Positions 22,686 through 33,860 of a DNA stretch of 64,000 nucleotides are shown piece by piece. The notes beneath the pieces are model-generated. The model was given only the letters and a program-made list of their open reading frames with translations. It ran no database searches and had not been told where the DNA came from. Numbering within the stretch: the first letter of the stretch is position 1; the number at the start of each line of letters is the position of its first letter. This DNA comes from a plasmid. The position numbers and the translations under genes were made by a program. The stretch is from the sequence record NZ_CP148139.1, one strand, 5' to 3'.

Positions 22686-22812
22686 TCGCTCCCCTGGCGC
22701 GGTATGAACCGCCGCCTCATAGTGCAGTTTGATCCTGACGAGCCCAGCATGTCTGCGCCCACCTTCGCGGAACCTGACCAGGGTCCGCTAGCGGGCGGCC
22801 GGAAGGTGAATG

Positions 22813-23652
22813 CTAGGCATGATCTAACCCTCGGTCTCTGGCGTCGCGACTGCGAAATTTCGCGAGGGTTTCCGAGAAGGTGATTGCGCTTCGCAGATCT
22901 CCAGGCGCGTGGGTGCGGACGTAGTCAGCGCCATTGCCGATCGCGTGAAGTTCCGCCGCAAGGCTCGCTGGACCCAGATCCTTTACAGGAAGGCCAACGG
23001 TGGCGCCCAAGAAGGATTTCCGCGACACCGAGACCAATAGCGGAAGCCCCAACGCCGACTTCAGCTTTTGAAGGTTCGACAGCACGTGCAGCGATGTTTC
23101 CGGTGCGGGGCTCAAGAAAAATCCCATCCCCGGATCGAGGATGAGCCGGTCGGCAGCGACCCCGCTCCGTCGCAAGGCGGAAACCCGCGCCTCGAAGAAC
23201 CGCACAATCTCGTCGAGCGCGTCTTCGGGTCGAAGGTGACCGGTGCGGGTGGCGATGCCATCCCGCTGCGCTGAGTGCATAACCACCAGCCTGCAGTCCG
23301 CCTCAGCAATATCGGGATAGAGCGCAGGGTCAGGAAATCCTTGGATATCGTTCAGGTAGCCCACGCCGCGCTTGAGCGCATAGCGCTGGGTTTCCGGTTG
23401 GAAGCTGTCGATTGAAACACGGTGCATCTGATCGGACAGGGCGTCTAAGAGCGGCGCAATACGTCTGATCTCATCGGCCGGCGATACAGGCCTCGCGTCC
23501 GGATGGCTGGCGGCCGGTCCGACATCCACGACGTCTGATCCGACTCGCAGCATTTCGATCGCCGCGGTGACAGCGCCGGCGGGGTCTAGCCGCCGGCTCT
23601 CATCGAAGAAGGAGTCCTCGGTGAGATTCAGAATGCCGAACACCGTCACCAT
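22813..23652 (-). CDS. sul1: Sulfonamide-resistant dihydropteroate synthase Sul1
   Basis: [87 protein letters not shown]... (279 aa). Confidence 0.95.
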   Translation of the reverse strand: MVTVFGILNLTEDSFFDESRRLDPAGAVTAAIEMLRVGSDVVDVGPAASHPDARPVSPADEIRRIAPLLDALSDQMHRVSIDSFQPETQRYALKRGVGYLNDIQGFPDPALYPDIAEADCRLVVMHSAQRDGIATRTGHLRPEDALDEIVRFFEARVSALRRSGVAADRLILDPGMGFFLSPAPETSLHVLSNLQKLKSALGLPLLVSVSRKSFLGATVGLPVKDLGPASLAAELHAIGNGADYVRTHAPGDLRSAITFSETLAKFRSRDARDRGLDHA

Positions 23653-23993
23653 GGCGTCGGCCTCCGCAGCGACTTCCACGATGGGGATCGGGCGAGCAAA
23701 AAGGCAGCAATTATGAGCCCCATACCTACAAAGCCCCACGCATCAAGCTTTTGCCCATGAAGCAACCAGGCAATGGCTGTAATTATGACGACGCCGAGTC
23801 CCGACCAGACTGCATAAGCAACACCGACAGGGATGGATTTCAGAACCAGAGAAAGAAAATAAAATGCGATGCCATAACCGATTATGACAACGGCGGAAGG
23901 GGCAAGCTTAGTAAAGCCCTCGCTAGATTTTAATGCGGATGTTGCGATTACTTCGCCAACTATTGCGATAACAAGAAAAAGCCAGCCTTTCAT
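23646..23993 (-). CDS. qacEdelta1: QacEdelta1 SMR efflux protein
   Basis: [115 protein letters not shown]. Confidence 0.9.
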   Translation of the reverse strand: MKGWLFLVIAIVGEVIATSALKSSEGFTKLAPSAVVIIGYGIAFYFLSLVLKSIPVGVAYAVWSGLGVVIITAIAWLLHGQKLDAWGFVGMGLIIAAFLLARSPSWKSLRRPTPW

Positions 23994-24096
23994 GATATAT
24001 CTCCCAATTTGTGTAGGGCTTATTATGCACGCTTAAAAATAATAAAAGCAGACTTGACCTGATAGTTTGGCTGTGAGCAATTATGTGCTTAGTGCA

Positions 24097-24160
24097 TCTA
24101 ACGCTTGAGTTAAGCCGCGCCGCGAAGCGGCGTCGGCTTGAACGAATTGTTAGACATTAT
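24097..24160 (-). promoter_or_regulatory. attC: attC (59-be) of the aadA1 cassette
   Basis: gcctaacaattcgttcaagccgacgccgcttcgcggcgcggcttaactcaagcgttagatgcac on the minus strand matches the aadA1 attC. Confidence 0.7.
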
Positions 24161-24948
24161 TTGCCGACTACCTTGGTGATCTCGCCTTTCACGTAGTGAA
24201 CAAATTCTTCCAACTGATCTGCGCGGGAGGCCAAGCGATCTTCTTCTTGTCCAAGATAAGCCTGTCTAGCTTCAAGTATGACGGGCTGATACTGGGCCGG
24301 CAGGCGCTCCATTGCCCAGTCGGCAGCGACATCCTTCGGCGCGATTTTGCCGGTTACTGCGCTGTACCAAATGCGGGACAACGTAAGCACTACATTTCGC
24401 TCATCGCCAGCCCAGTCGGGCGGCGAGTTCCATAGCGTTAAGGTTTCATTTAGCGCCTCAAATAGATCCTGTTCAGGAACCGGATCAAAGAGTTCCTCCG
24501 CCGCTGGACCTACCAAGGCAACGCTATGTTCTCTTGCTTTTGTCAGCAAGATAGCCAGATCAATGTCGATCGTGGCTGGCTCGAAGATACCTGCAAGAAT
24601 GTCATTGCGCTGCCATTCTCCAAATTGCAGTTCGCGCTTAGCTGGATAACGCCACGGAATGATGTCGTCGTGCACAACAATGGTGACTTCTACAGCGCGG
24701 AGAATCTCGCTCTCTCCAGGGGAAGCCGAAGTTTCCAAAAGGTCGTTGATCAAAGCTCGCCGCGTTGTTTCATCAAGCCTTACGGTCACCGTAACCAGCA
24801 AATCAATATCACTGTGTGGCTTCAGGCCGCCATCCACTGCGGAGCCGTACAAATGTACGGCCAGCAACGTCGGTTCGAGATGGCGCTCGATGACGCCAAC
24901 TACCTCTGATAGTTGAGTCGATACTTCGGCGATCACCGCTTCCCTCAT
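24157..24948 (-). CDS. aadA1: Aminoglycoside 3''-adenylyltransferase AadA1
   Basis: MREAVIAEVSTQLSEVVGVIERHLEPTLLAVHLYGSAVDGGLKPHSDIDLLVTVTVRLDETTRRALINDLLETSASPGESEILRAVEVTIVVHDDIIPWRY...VKGEITKVVGK (263 aa). Confidence 0.95.
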   Translation of the reverse strand: MREAVIAEVSTQLSEVVGVIERHLEPTLLAVHLYGSAVDGGLKPHSDIDLLVTVTVRLDETTRRALINDLLETSASPGESEILRAVEVTIVVHDDIIPWRYPAKRELQFGEWQRNDILAGIFEPATIDIDLAILLTKAREHSVALVGPAAEELFDPVPEQDLFEALNETLTLWNSPPDWAGDERNVVLTLSRIWYSAVTGKIAPKDVAADWAMERLPAQYQPVILEARQAYLGQEEDRLASRADQLEEFVHYVKGEITKVVGK

Positions 24949-24964
24949 GATGTTTAACTTTGTT

Positions 24965-25765
24965 TTAGCCACCAATGATGCCCTCACTTTCCATGATTTT
25001 GGTGGGAATGGATTTTCTTAGCGGCAACTTACTTTCGTTGTCTATATCCATGTTAAAGGCGAAAAAGTAAACCTCTGTCTCCTTCTCAACCCACCCAACC
25101 CACCATGCGACACCAGGATTTGACTCAGTTCCCACACCAGAAAAACCAGTTTTTGAATGCACTAGATATTCAGGTGCCGCCTCCGTTACCAAAGCCTCTT
25201 TTACTATTAGCTGGTTTTCTTTAGATGCTGACAATTTATTTAAATATAGAGACTCTAGAAACTCCACTTGATTAACTGCGGAAATTCTAAGCTGGCCTTC
25301 CAACCAGAATTTGTCAATGCCACCACTGATATTCTGGTTGCCATAGGAAAATTTTTTAAGGTATTTCTGCATTCTTACTTCGCCAACTTCTCTGGCGATT
25401 TGTTGAAATACGGGAACAGCTGAAACTTGTATTGCCCCTCTTAAGGTCAAGTCTCTTTCCCATTGCTTCATGGCTCTTGGCTTTCCGTCCCATTTGAAAA
25501 CCTGATGCTCATTCTTTATGACACCAGTTTCTAGGCCGATAATTGCGTTGGGGATCTTAAATGTTGATGCTGGAAGATATTCCTTTGATGCACGAGCTAA
25601 GTCATTGGTAGCGCAGGATTTACTGCTACTTTTACAAAGCACGAAGACACCATTGACGGCTTCGGCAGAGAACTCTTTGTTCCAAGACGTATTTTCTGTA
25701 ATTGAACCAGCTAATGCCGTACTCGAAAGACACGCGATAATTACATATGCGGCAAATGTTTTCAT
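24965..25765 (-). CDS. blaOXA-10: Class D beta-lactamase, OXA-10 family
   Basis: [82 protein letters not shown]... matches OXA-10 (PSE-2) from memory. It is followed directly by GTTAAAC and the aadA1 start, with no attC of its own. Confidence 0.9.
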   Translation of the reverse strand: MKTFAAYVIIACLSSTALAGSITENTSWNKEFSAEAVNGVFVLCKSSSKSCATNDLARASKEYLPASTFKIPNAIIGLETGVIKNEHQVFKWDGKPRAMKQWERDLTLRGAIQVSAVPVFQQIAREVGEVRMQKYLKKFSYGNQNISGGIDKFWLEGQLRISAVNQVEFLESLYLNKLSASKENQLIVKEALVTEAAPEYLVHSKTGFSGVGTESNPGVAWWVGWVEKETEVYFFAFNMDIDNESKLPLRKSIPTKIMESEGIIGG

Positions 25766-25794
25766 GGCACCTTCTTGGTGGCTAACGCCAGAAT

Positions 25795-25853
25795 TAAGCC
25801 GTGCCGCGAAGCGGCGTCGGCTTGAATGAATTGTTAGACGACAAACTCGCGCC
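25795..25853 (-). promoter_or_regulatory. attC: attC of the catB cassette (aadA1/aadB-like sequence)
   Basis: gtctaacaattcattcaagccgacgccgcttcgcggcacggcttaattctggc on the minus strand. Confidence 0.6.
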
Positions 25854-26466
25854 AATACTTATGCAGACCAAAAATATTTGACGAGCACAGCAGAGGCATT
25901 GCTGTCTTAATTTTATCCAGTGGCCAGTTCCACCACTCCATCTCCATGAGCAATGAGATTTCCTCATCGGAGAAGCGCTTCTTAATTTGCTTTGCGGGAC
26001 TTCCTCCGATGATGGCATAAGGCACTACATCTTTTGTCACCAACGAGCGACTACCTATCACGGCACCGTCTCCAATTTTGATTCCGGGCATAATCATTGC
26101 CTCCGAGCCTATCCAGACATCATTGCCAATGGCGGTATCACCTGCTCTTTGGAAGGCATCGAGTGCGCTTGAGAAAGCAGGTTCCTCTTGCATATAGAAG
26201 AAGGGGAAGGATGATGCCCAGTCATGCCGATGCCCCTGATTGCCAGCCATGATGAAGGAAGCCCCGCTTCCTATAGAACAAAAGCTGCCAATGATCAATT
26301 TATCAACGTCATCACGATCTGGATGCAAGTATCGCGCGCATTCATCAAATGAGTGGCCGTGATAGTAGCCAGAGTAATAGCTATAACGGCCTACTTTGAT
26401 GTTTGGATTTTTCACTTGCTCAGAAAGAAGCTCCCCTTTGAAAGGGCTGTCAAAGTAGTTTTTCAT
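25834..26466 (-). CDS. catB8: Chloramphenicol acetyltransferase CatB (xenobiotic acetyltransferase hexapeptide family), catB8-like
   Basis: [80 protein letters not shown]... (210 aa) is very close to CatB3/CatB8 from memory. Confidence 0.85.
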   Translation of the reverse strand: MKNYFDSPFKGELLSEQVKNPNIKVGRYSYYSGYYHGHSFDECARYLHPDRDDVDKLIIGSFCSIGSGASFIMAGNQGHRHDWASSFPFFYMQEEPAFSSALDAFQRAGDTAIGNDVWIGSEAMIMPGIKIGDGAVIGSRSLVTKDVVPYAIIGGSPAKQIKKRFSDEEISLLMEMEWWNWPLDKIKTAMPLLCSSNIFGLHKYWREFVV

Positions 26467-26499
26467 CAGAGTTCGTGGAACCTTTTCTTGCCGTCTAAC

Positions 26500-26558
26500 A
26501 CCTGAGTTAAGCCGCGCCGCGAAGCGGCGTCGGCTTGGACGAATTGTTAGGCCGCATA
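26500..26558 (-). promoter_or_regulatory. attC: attC of the aadB cassette
   Basis: gcctaacaattcgtccaagccgacgccgcttcgcggcgcggcttaactcaggtgttag on the minus strand matches the aadB attC. Confidence 0.7.
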
Positions 26559-27080
26559 TCGCGACCTGAAAGCGGCACGCAAGACCTCAACCTTTTCCGC
26601 CCCGAGTGAGGTGCATGCGAGCCTGTAGGACTCTATGTGCTTTGTAGGCCAGTCCACTGGTGGTACTTCATCGGCATAGTAAAAGTAATCCCAGATGATC
26701 GCCTCCCAGCTGTTACAACGGACTGGCCGCCCGGCGATGACGCCCTCAGCCGCCTCTGGGCACGAGCCCTGCGGAGCCTCCGCGATTTCATACGCTTCGT
26801 CTGCCCACCAAGCAGGTTCGCAGTCAAGTAACTCATCCCCGATCTCCGCTAAGAATCCATAGTCCAACTCCTCCATGACGCGCCCGCCGAGCATTTCAAC
26901 TATTGCCTCGAGCTCGCCGCGCCTCTCGCCGGGAAACGTCAGATCAATATCATCGTGCTTGCGTGTTACACGCCCTAGCCGTGCATCGATCGCCCAGCCC
27001 CCACCGATCCAGAGCGGCAGATTTCGCTCATCTGCCGCAGCTAGAATTTTGTGTATCAATGTGACCTGCGTTGTGTCCAT
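26547..27080 (-). CDS. aadB: Aminoglycoside 2''-nucleotidyltransferase ANT(2'')-Ia
   Basis: [76 protein letters not shown]... (177 aa). Confidence 0.9.
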   Translation of the reverse strand: MDTTQVTLIHKILAAADERNLPLWIGGGWAIDARLGRVTRKHDDIDLTFPGERRGELEAIVEMLGGRVMEELDYGFLAEIGDELLDCEPAWWADEAYEIAEAPQGSCPEAAEGVIAGRPVRCNSWEAIIWDYFYYADEVPPVDWPTKHIESYRLACTSLGAEKVEVLRAAFRSRYAA

Positions 27081-27160
27081 GCGGCCTAACTTTGTTTTAG
27101 GGCGACTGCCCTGCTGCGTAACATCGTTGCTGCTCCATAACATCAAACATCGACCCACGG
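27081..27160 (-). promoter_or_regulatory. attI1: attI1 recombination site region between the first cassette and intI1
   Basis: Position between the aadB start and the divergent intI1 start. Boundaries are approximate. Confidence 0.45.
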
Positions 27161-27225
27161 CGTAACGCGCTTGCTGCTTGGATGCCCGAGGCATAGACTG
27201 TACAAAAAAACAGTCATAACAAGCC

Positions 27226-28239
27226 ATGAAAACCGCCACTGCGCCGTTACCACCGCTGCGTTCGGTCAAGGTTCTGGACCAGTTGCGTGAGCGCATACGC
27301 TACTTGCATTACAGTTTACGAACCGAACAGGCTTATGTCAACTGGGTTCGTGCCTTCATCCGTTTCCACGGTGTGCGTCACCCGGCAACCTTGGGCAGCA
27401 GCGAAGTCGAGGCATTTCTGTCCTGGCTGGCGAACGAGCGCAAGGTTTCGGTCTCCACGCATCGTCAGGCATTGGCGGCCTTGCTGTTCTTCTACGGCAA
27501 GGTGCTGTGCACGGATCTGCCCTGGCTTCAGGAGATCGGAAGACCTCGGCCGTCGCGGCGCTTGCCGGTGGTGCTGACCCCGGATGAAGTGGTTCGCATC
27601 CTCGGTTTTCTGGAAGGCGAGCATCGTTTGTTCGCCCAGCTTCTGTATGGAACGGGCATGCGGATCAGTGAGGGTTTGCAACTGCGGGTCAAGGATCTGG
27701 ATTTCGATCACGGCACGATCATCGTGCGGGAGGGCAAGGGCTCCAAGGATCGGGCCTTGATGTTACCCGAGAGCTTGGCACCCAGCCTGCGCGAGCAGCT
27801 GTCGCGTGCACGGGCATGGTGGCTGAAGGACCAGGCCGAGGGCCGCAGCGGCGTTGCGCTTCCCGACGCCCTTGAGCGGAAGTATCCGCGCGCCGGGCAT
27901 TCCTGGCCGTGGTTCTGGGTTTTTGCGCAGCACACGCATTCGACCGATCCACGGAGCGGTGTCGTGCGTCGCCATCACATGTATGACCAGACCTTTCAGC
28001 GCGCCTTCAAACGTGCCGTAGAACAAGCAGGCATCACGAAGCCCGCCACACCGCACACCCTCCGCCACTCGTTCGCGACGGCCTTGCTCCGCAGCGGTTA
28101 CGACATTCGAACCGTGCAGGATCTGCTCGGCCATTCCGACGTCTCTACGACGATGATTTACACGCATGTGCTGAAAGTTGGCGGTGCCGGAGTGCGCTCA
28201 CCGCTTGATGCGCTGCCGCCCCTCACTAGTGAGAGGTAG
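27226..28239 (+). CDS. intI1: Class 1 integron integrase IntI1
   Basis: [94 protein letters not shown]... (337 aa). Confidence 0.95.
   Translation: MKTATAPLPPLRSVKVLDQLRERIRYLHYSLRTEQAYVNWVRAFIRFHGVRHPATLGSSEVEAFLSWLANERKVSVSTHRQALAALLFFYGKVLCTDLPWLQEIGRPRPSRRLPVVLTPDEVVRILGFLEGEHRLFAQLLYGTGMRISEGLQLRVKDLDFDHGTIIVREGKGSKDRALMLPESLAPSLREQLSRARAWWLKDQAEGRSGVALPDALERKYPRAGHSWPWFWVFAQHTHSTDPRSGVVRRHHMYDQTFQRAFKRAVEQAGITKPATPHTLRHSFATALLRSGYDIRTVQDLLGHSDVSTTMIYTHVLKVGGAGVRSPLDALPPLTSER
27313..27341 (-). promoter_or_regulatory. Pc: Integron cassette promoter Pc, strong variant (TTGACA-17 bp-TAAACT), inside the intI1 5' coding region
   Basis: The minus strand reads ttgacataagcctgttcggttcgtaaact, spanning the tgtcaa (27336-27341) and agttta (27313-27318) plus-strand hexamers. 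Confidence 0.6.
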
Positions 28240-28417
28240 GGCAGCGCAAGTCAATCCTGGCGGATTCACTACCCCTGCGCGAAGGCCATCGGTGCCGCAT
28301 CGAACGGCCGGTTGCGGAAAGTCCTCCCTGCGTCCGCTGATGGCCGGCAGCAGCCCGTCGTTGCCTGATGGATCCAACCCCTCCGCTGCTATAGTGCAGT
28401 CGGCTTCTGACGTTCAG

Positions 28418-28442
28418 TGCAGCCGTCTTCTGAAAACGACAC
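28418..28442 (-). repeat. IRi: IRi, the 25-bp inverted repeat at the intI1 end of the class 1 integron
   Basis: gtgcagccgtcttctgaaaacgaca is the reverse complement of TGTCGTTTTCAGAAGACGGCTGCAC. Confidence 0.7.
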
Positions 28443-28544
28443 CATGTGCAAACGATGTCAGAATAGAGTTAAATTTCCTATTGATTGACATATTCCGTCA
28501 AAGGTAATAGATTTCATCCTGACACTTTTGCCTTTGGAGGCATC
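28443..28544 (+). promoter_or_regulatory. res: Residual res subsite(s) and tnpR promoter; the integron boundary lies only about 100 bp upstream of tnpR
   Basis: Short AT-rich interval between IRi and the tnpR start. In Tn21-family elements the res site lies immediately upstream of tnpR. Confidence 0.4.
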
Positions 28545-29102
28545 TTGCAAGGTCAACGCATCGGCTATGTCCGCGTCAGCAGCTTCGACCAGAACCCGGA
28601 ACGGCAATTGGAGGGTGTTCAGGTGGCGCGGGTGTTCACCGACAAGGCTTCTGGCAAGGACACCCAGCGTCCCGAGCTGGAAAGGCTGCTGGCCTTCGTC
28701 CGCGAGGGCGACACCGTGGTGGTGCATAGCATGGACAGGCTGGCACGCAACCTTGATGACCTGCGCCGCATCGTCCAAGGGCTGACACAACGGGGCGTGC
28801 GCATGGAGTTCGTCAAAGAAGGGCTGAAGTTCACCGGCGAGGACTCACCGATGGCCAATCTGATGCTGTCGGTCATGGGAGCCTTCGCTGAGTTCGAGCG
28901 CGCCCTGATCCGCGAACGTCAGCGCGAGGGAATCGTGCTGGCCAAGCAGCGCGGTGCCTACCGGGGACGAAAGAAATCGCTGAACAGCGAACAAATTGCC
29001 GAGTTGAAACGGCGAGTTGCGGCAGGCGACCAAAAAACCTTGGTGGCCCGTGACTTCGGCATCAGCCGCGAAACCTTGTACCAGTACCTGCGGGAAGACT
29101 GA
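28545..29102 (+). CDS. tnpR: Tn21-subgroup resolvase TnpR (serine recombinase), TTG start
   Basis: (L)[22 protein letters not shown]... parallels Tn21 Tnp[27 protein letters not shown] ggagg 5 nt upstream of TTG. Confidence 0.85.
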   Translation: MQGQRIGYVRVSSFDQNPERQLEGVQVARVFTDKASGKDTQRPELERLLAFVREGDTVVVHSMDRLARNLDDLRRIVQGLTQRGVRMEFVKEGLKFTGEDSPMANLMLSVMGAFAEFERALIRERQREGIVLAKQRGAYRGRKKSLNSEQIAELKRRVAAGDQKTLVARDFGISRETLYQYLRED

Positions 29103-29104
29103 CC

Positions 29105-32077
29105 ATGCCACGCCGCTCAATCCTGTCCGCCACCGAGCGCGAAAGCCTGCTGGCACTGCCAGATGCCAAAGACGAACTGATACGGCACTACACGTTCAAC
29201 GAAACCGACCTGTCGGTGATCCGTCAGCGTCGCGGCGCCGCGAATCGATTGGGCTTCGCTGTGCAGCTTTGCTACTTGCGATTCCCTGGCACCTTTTTGG
29301 GCGTCGATGAGCCTCCGTTTCCGCCCCTGTTGCGCATGGTGGCCGCGCAACTCAAGATGCCAGTGGAAAGTTGGAGCGAGTACGGCCAGCGCGAACAGAC
29401 ACGGCGGGAGCACTTGGTCGAGCTGCAAACGGTTTTTGGGTTCAAGCCCTTCACCATGAGCCACTATCGGCAAGCCGTGCATACATTGACCGAGCTGGCC
29501 TTGCAGACCGACAAAGGCATCGTGCTGGCGAGCGCACTTGTCGAGAATCTGCGGCGGCAGAGCATTATCCTGCCCGCCATGAATGCCATCGAGCGCGCAA
29601 GCGCCGAGGCCATCACCCGTGCCAACCGACGCATTTACGCGGCGCTGACCGATTCTTTGTTATCACCCCACCGTCAGCGCCTGGACGAACTTCTCAAGCG
29701 CAAGGACGGCAGTAAAGTGACGTGGCTGGCATGGCTGCGCCAGTCGCCTGCCAAACCGAACTCTCGCCACATGCTCGAACATATTGAGCGCCTGAAATCC
29801 TGGCAAGCACTTGATCTGCCCGCAGGCATCGAGCGGCAGGTTCACCAGAACCGCCTGCTCAAAATCGCTCGTGAAGGTGGCCAGATGACGCCTGCTGATC
29901 TGGCAAAGTTCGAGGTGCAACGACGCTATGCCACGCTGGTAGCGCTGGCCATCGAAGGCATGGCCACCGTCACCGATGAAATCATCGACCTTCACGATCG
30001 CATCATCGGCAAGCTGTTCAACGCGGCCAAGAACAAGCATCAGCAGCAGTTCCAGGCTTCCGGCAAGGCGATCAACGACAAGGTGCGGATGTATGGGCGC
30101 ATCGGTCAAGCGTTGATTGAGGCCAAGCAAAGCGGCAGCGATCCGTTCGCCGCCATCGAGGCCGTTATGCCCTGGGACACCTTCGCCGCCAGCGTCACCG
30201 AAGCGCAAACATTGGCGCGGCCTGCCGACTTTGATTTCCTGCACCACATCGGTGAAAGCTATGCCACGCTACGCCGCTACGCGCCGCAGTTCCTGGGCGT
30301 GCTCAAATTGCGGGCTGCGCCCGCCGCCAAGGGTGTGCTCGATGCCATCGACATGCTGCGCGGCATGAACAGCGACAGCGCGCGCAAGGTGCCCGCCGAT
30401 GCGCCAACCGCATTCATCAAGCCGCGCTGGGCAAAGCTGGTTCTGACCGACGACGGCATCGACCGGCGTTACTACGAGTTATGCGCCCTGTCGGAGCTGA
30501 AGAACGCGCTGCGCTCCGGTGATGTCTGGGTGCAGGGTTCTCGCCAGTTCAAGGACTTCGACGAATACCTGGTGCCGGTCGAGAAGTTCGCCACTTTGAA
30601 GCTGGCCAGCGAATTGCCGCTGGCAGTGGCCACCGACTGCGACCAATACCTGCATGACCGGTTGGAATTGTTGGAGGCGCAACTCGCCACAGTCAACCGC
30701 ATGGCTGCGGCCAACGACTTACCGGATGCCATCATCACCACCGCGTCAGGCCTGAAGATCACGCCGCTGGACGCGGCAGTACCAGACGCCGCGCAAGCCA
30801 TGATCGACCAGACAGCTATGCTGCTGCCGCACCTCAAAATCACCGAGTTGCTGATGGAGGTCGATGAATGGACGGGCTTCACCCGCCACTTCACACACCT
30901 GAAGACCAGCGACACGGCCAAGGACAAAACCTTGCTGTTGACGACGATCCTGGCCGACGCGATCAACCTGGGTCTGACCAAAATGGCCGAGTCCTGCCCT
31001 GGCACCACCTACGCCAAGCTGTCTTGGCTGCAAGCCTGGCACATCCGCGATGAAACCTATTCGACGGCGCTGGCCGAGCTGGTGAATGCGCAGTTTCGGC
31101 AACCCTTCGCCGGCAACTGGGGTGACGGCACCACGTCATCGTCGGACGGCCAGAACTTCAGAACCGGCAGCAAAGCAGAAAGCACTGGTCATATCAACCC
31201 GAAGTATGGAAGCAGTCCAGGACGGACTTTCTACACCCATATCTCCGACCAGTACGCGCCCTTCAGTGCCAAGGTGGTCAACGTGGGCATTCGTGATTCA
31301 ACTTACGTGCTTGATGGCCTGCTGTACCACGAGTCGGACTTGCGCATCGAGGAACACTACACCGACACGGCAGGCTTCACCGATCACGTGTTTGGCTTGA
31401 TGCATTTGCTGGGATTTCGCTTCGCGCCGCGTATCCGTGACTTGGGCGAAACCAAGCTATTCATCCCCAAGGGCGATGCCGCCTATGACGCGCTCAAGCC
31501 GATGATTAGCAGCGACAGGCTGAACATCAAGCAAATACGCGCCCATTGGGATGAAATTCTGCGGCTGGCCACCTCCATCAAGCAAGGCACGGTAACGGCT
31601 TCGCTGATGCTGCGCAAACTCGGCAGCTACCCGCGCCAGAACGGCTTGGCCGTGGCGTTGCGCGAGCTGGGGCGCATCGAGCGCACGCTGTTCATTTTGG
31701 ATTGGCTGCAAAGCGTGGAGCTGCGCCGCCGCGTCCATGCGGGGCTGAATAAGGGCGAGGCGCGCAACGCGCTGGCCAGGGCGGTCTTCTTCTACCGATT
31801 GGGTGAAATCCGCGACCGCAGTTTTGAGCAGCAGCGCTACCGGGCCAGCGGCCTCAATCTGGTGACGGCGGCCATCGTGTTGTGGAACACGGTATATCTG
31901 GAGCGTGCCACCAGTGCTTTGCGTGGCAACGGCACGGCGCTGGACGACACATTGTTGCAATATCTGTCGCCGCTGGGGTGGGAGCACATCAACCTGACCG
32001 GCGATTACCTATGGCGCAGCAGCGCCAAGGTCGGTGCGGGGAAGTTTAGGCCATTGCGACCGCTGCCACCGGCTTAG
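29105..32077 (+). CDS. tnpA: Tn21-subgroup (Tn3 family) transposase TnpA
   Basis: 990-aa ORF directly after tnpR, ending inside the 38-bp terminal IR as in Tn21/Tn1696. Confidence 0.9.
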   Translation: MPRRSILSATERESLLALPDAKDELIRHYTFNETDLSVIRQRRGAANRLGFAVQLCYLRFPGTFLGVDEPPFPPLLRMVAAQLKMPVESWSEYGQREQTRREHLVELQTVFGFKPFTMSHYRQAVHTLTELALQTDKGIVLASALVENLRRQSIILPAMNAIERASAEAITRANRRIYAALTDSLLSPHRQRLDELLKRKDGSKVTWLAWLRQSPAKPNSRHMLEHIERLKSWQALDLPAGIERQVHQNRLLKIAREGGQMTPADLAKFEVQRRYATLVALAIEGMATVTDEIIDLHDRIIGKLFNAAKNKHQQQFQASGKAINDKVRMYGRIGQALIEAKQSGSDPFAAIEAVMPWDTFAASVTEAQTLARPADFDFLHHIGESYATLRRYAPQFLGVLKLRAAPAAKGVLDAIDMLRGMNSDSARKVPADAPTAFIKPRWAKLVLTDDGIDRRYYELCALSELKNALRSGDVWVQGSRQFKDFDEYLVPVEKFATLKLASELPLAVATDCDQYLHDRLELLEAQLATVNRMAAANDLPDAIITTASGLKITPLDAAVPDAAQAMIDQTAMLLPHLKITELLMEVDEWTGFTRHFTHLKTSDTAKDKTLLLTTILADAINLGLTKMAESCPGTTYAKLSWLQAWHIRDETYSTALAELVNAQFRQPFAGNWGDGTTSSSDGQNFRTGSKAESTGHINPKYGSSPGRTFYTHISDQYAPFSAKVVNVGIRDSTYVLDGLLYHESDLRIEEHYTDTAGFTDHVFGLMHLLGFRFAPRIRDLGETKLFIPKGDAAYDALKPMISSDRLNIKQIRAHWDEILRLATSIKQGTVTASLMLRKLGSYPRQNGLAVALRELGRIERTLFILDWLQSVELRRRVHAGLNKGEARNALARAVFFYRLGEIRDRSFEQQRYRASGLNLVTAAIVLWNTVYLERATSALRGNGTALDDTLLQYLSPLGWEHINLTGDYLWRSSAKVGAGKFRPLRPLPPA

Positions 32078-32110
32078 CGTGCTTTATTTTCCGTTTTCTG
32101 AGACGACCCC
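32073..32110 (-). repeat. IRtnp: 38-bp terminal inverted repeat (tnp end) of the Tn21-family transposon
   Basis: cttagcgtgctttattttccgttttctgagacgacccc is the reverse complement of GGGGTCGTCTCAGAAAACGGAAAATAAAGCACGCTAAG. Confidence 0.8.
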
Positions 32111-32430
32111 TAATTTCATACGAACCTCAATGCTGTATAAAAATACAGTATTGTATACATCCGAGTTAGGAAATTGCAAGCTATGTATTAGATATTAAAA
32201 TGACTGGATAACGGCATTTACTGTTTAGCTGCTCACAAATCACGATATAGATAATTATTGTACTGTAAGCCTATTATTGAACTGAATGCGCGATGGGGGA
32301 GAGCACATTTTCCCCCAATCATAATTGAGTCTAAGACGAAACTACGCGAGATGCCCGTTACGATATTTCAGCCAGACTACCAGCGTTTTCATGAGATGAT
32401 TTCGAGAACGAAAATAGAGGCTATTTCTAA

Positions 32431-33183
32431 TTAACTGATCTGTTTTCTAAACCAAGCCTTGAACTGATTGCGTTTTGAGTGAGTGTACAGGTCGTAATCA
32501 ATAGGATACTTTTTACGGAACTCGCTGATAGCTCGTTCGCATGTTTTTTTATCTTTTACTTGTTCTGATGAAAAACCTAGTGAAGCAATTTTTTGTGTAA
32601 TTTGAGGGTCGGTGTGGTGTGGTGGTCTTTTCGGTTGAGCACCGACATCGAGTCCGAAACGAACAAGTTTATCATGAGCCAACTTTTGTACTTCAAAGAT
32701 ATGATCGTTGTTCATAGTATTAACTAGCATATCTATACATTCTGTACACTTATATTTACCAAGTAAGTGAATCGCCAGTAGCCTTTTCTCAAAGGAGTAA
32801 ACAACACTTATATTTCTTTTAATATCTTTCCATACTTTTTCTGATGGTTCTGACTCACTATATTTCTCTTTTGGCTCCTCAAGAGATAATAAGAAATCCT
32901 TAGCGGTAATAGATTCTTTTAATAGCTTTCTTTTAAAACTATTAAAAGCAGTCTTCATGTATTGCAAAGGCTCTGCCATAGGATGTGATTTACCCGGCTT
33001 TGTTAATCTCTCATGCTCTTGGTAACGCTTATTAACTCTTTCCCAATCCTTTGGATAGATACGTTTAAACTCAGAAAAGAAGGAATCAAAATCACAATCA
33101 ACAGCAAGGAGAGACAGCACCGTTGCTATTTTGAATTCTTTTTTTGGTATAACACTGCCTTTTGATACCCGTTGTCTACTCAT
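32431..33183 (-). CDS. Hypothetical protein (250 aa)
   Basis: Long ORF in the AT-rich backbone. No recognisable motif. Confidence 0.4.
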   Translation of the reverse strand: MSRQRVSKGSVIPKKEFKIATVLSLLAVDCDFDSFFSEFKRIYPKDWERVNKRYQEHERLTKPGKSHPMAEPLQYMKTAFNSFKRKLLKESITAKDFLLSLEEPKEKYSESEPSEKVWKDIKRNISVVYSFEKRLLAIHLLGKYKCTECIDMLVNTMNNDHIFEVQKLAHDKLVRFGLDVGAQPKRPPHHTDPQITQKIASLGFSSEQVKDKKTCERAISEFRKKYPIDYDLYTHSKRNQFKAWFRKQIS

Positions 33184-33434
33184 ATTAACCCTCTACATAC
33201 CAAAGTTGGTTACAAACCCCACTTTTATGTGAGGTTACAATTTGAATTGTATGAAATTTTTTGGGGAAGAGAAAGCTGAAAATAGGGCTTGAATTGCCGA
33301 TAAACTCTGAGGTGTATACCTTTTTATGAGGTAAGCTCAATGGGATCTAATGAGCATTTTTCGCATCCAGCATCTTGCCAACTACCTCATCTAAAGGAAT
33401 AGTAACCTTGCCTTTCATAATGATTTTTACATAA

Positions 33435-33860
33435 TTAATAGTGGAAATTTGAACGACCTGCATGTTTATTTAAACCGTTTAATTTTATTAGTAACGGTAA
33501 ATAATTCTGGTTCTTCAGATATGCTTTTGCTTTAAGCGCGAGATAGTAACTCTCAATCCCCGCAATCACCACAAACAAAGCAGTAGCAGACTCATACCCT
33601 ATCCCATATGCATAGTTTTTACAGTCGGGCAATATATCGTCACTGTGGCTATGTATTGCGGAATGAGGCTCACCGGTCAAAGTATTGATGATAATAGGCA
33701 GGGGGTTTTCGAGTAGTTCAAGCAGATCCGATGGTGACAGTTCATTAATGAATGTTTCATCACCTGCACTAATTTTATCAAATGCCGGTTTCACAGGAAC
33801 TCCTGAATGGGCTATAAATTCAGAGGCTATGTGCTGTAACAACGCTGTGTTGTTCATCAT
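33435..33860 (-). CDS. Hypothetical protein (141 aa), third gene of the operon
   Basis: Overlaps the lipoprotein gene stop (ATGA). Confidence 0.4.
   Translation of the reverse strand: MMNNTALLQHIASEFIAHSGVPVKPAFDKISAGDETFINELSPSDLLELLENPLPIIINTLTGEPHSAIHSHSDDILPDCKNYAYGIGYESATALFVVIAGIESYYLALKAKAYLKNQNYLPLLIKLNGLNKHAGRSNFHY

Larger units (their letters stand above)
15878..32110. mobile_element. IS26-truncated Tn21/Tn1696-family transposon remnant carrying an In2-like class 1 integron (about 16.2 kb)
   Basis: High-GC block bounded by IS26 on the left and by the 38-bp Tn21-family terminal IR (32073-32110) on the right. It contains the tni remnants, IS1326::IS1353, the 3'-CS, the cassette array, intI1, IRi, tnpR and tnpA. 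Confidence 0.7.

Noticed and set aside
22025-23309. ORFs overlapping the IS1326 end, orf5 and sul1 in other frames (63-181 aa)
   Set aside because: Frame-overlap artefacts in GC-rich DNA. The sul1, orf5 and orf6-remnant assignments explain the region.
24196-24916. Plus-strand ORFs (79-127 aa) antisense to aadA1
   Set aside because: Antisense to a canonical resistance gene.
27287-28167. Alternative-frame and antisense ORFs within intI1 (96, 131, 75, 77 and 134 aa)
   Set aside because: They overlap intI1. Only the antisense Pc promoter in this region is functional.
29017-31987. Multiple ORFs within or antisense to tnpA (97-194 aa)
   Set aside because: GC-rich artefacts inside a 990-aa transposase gene.
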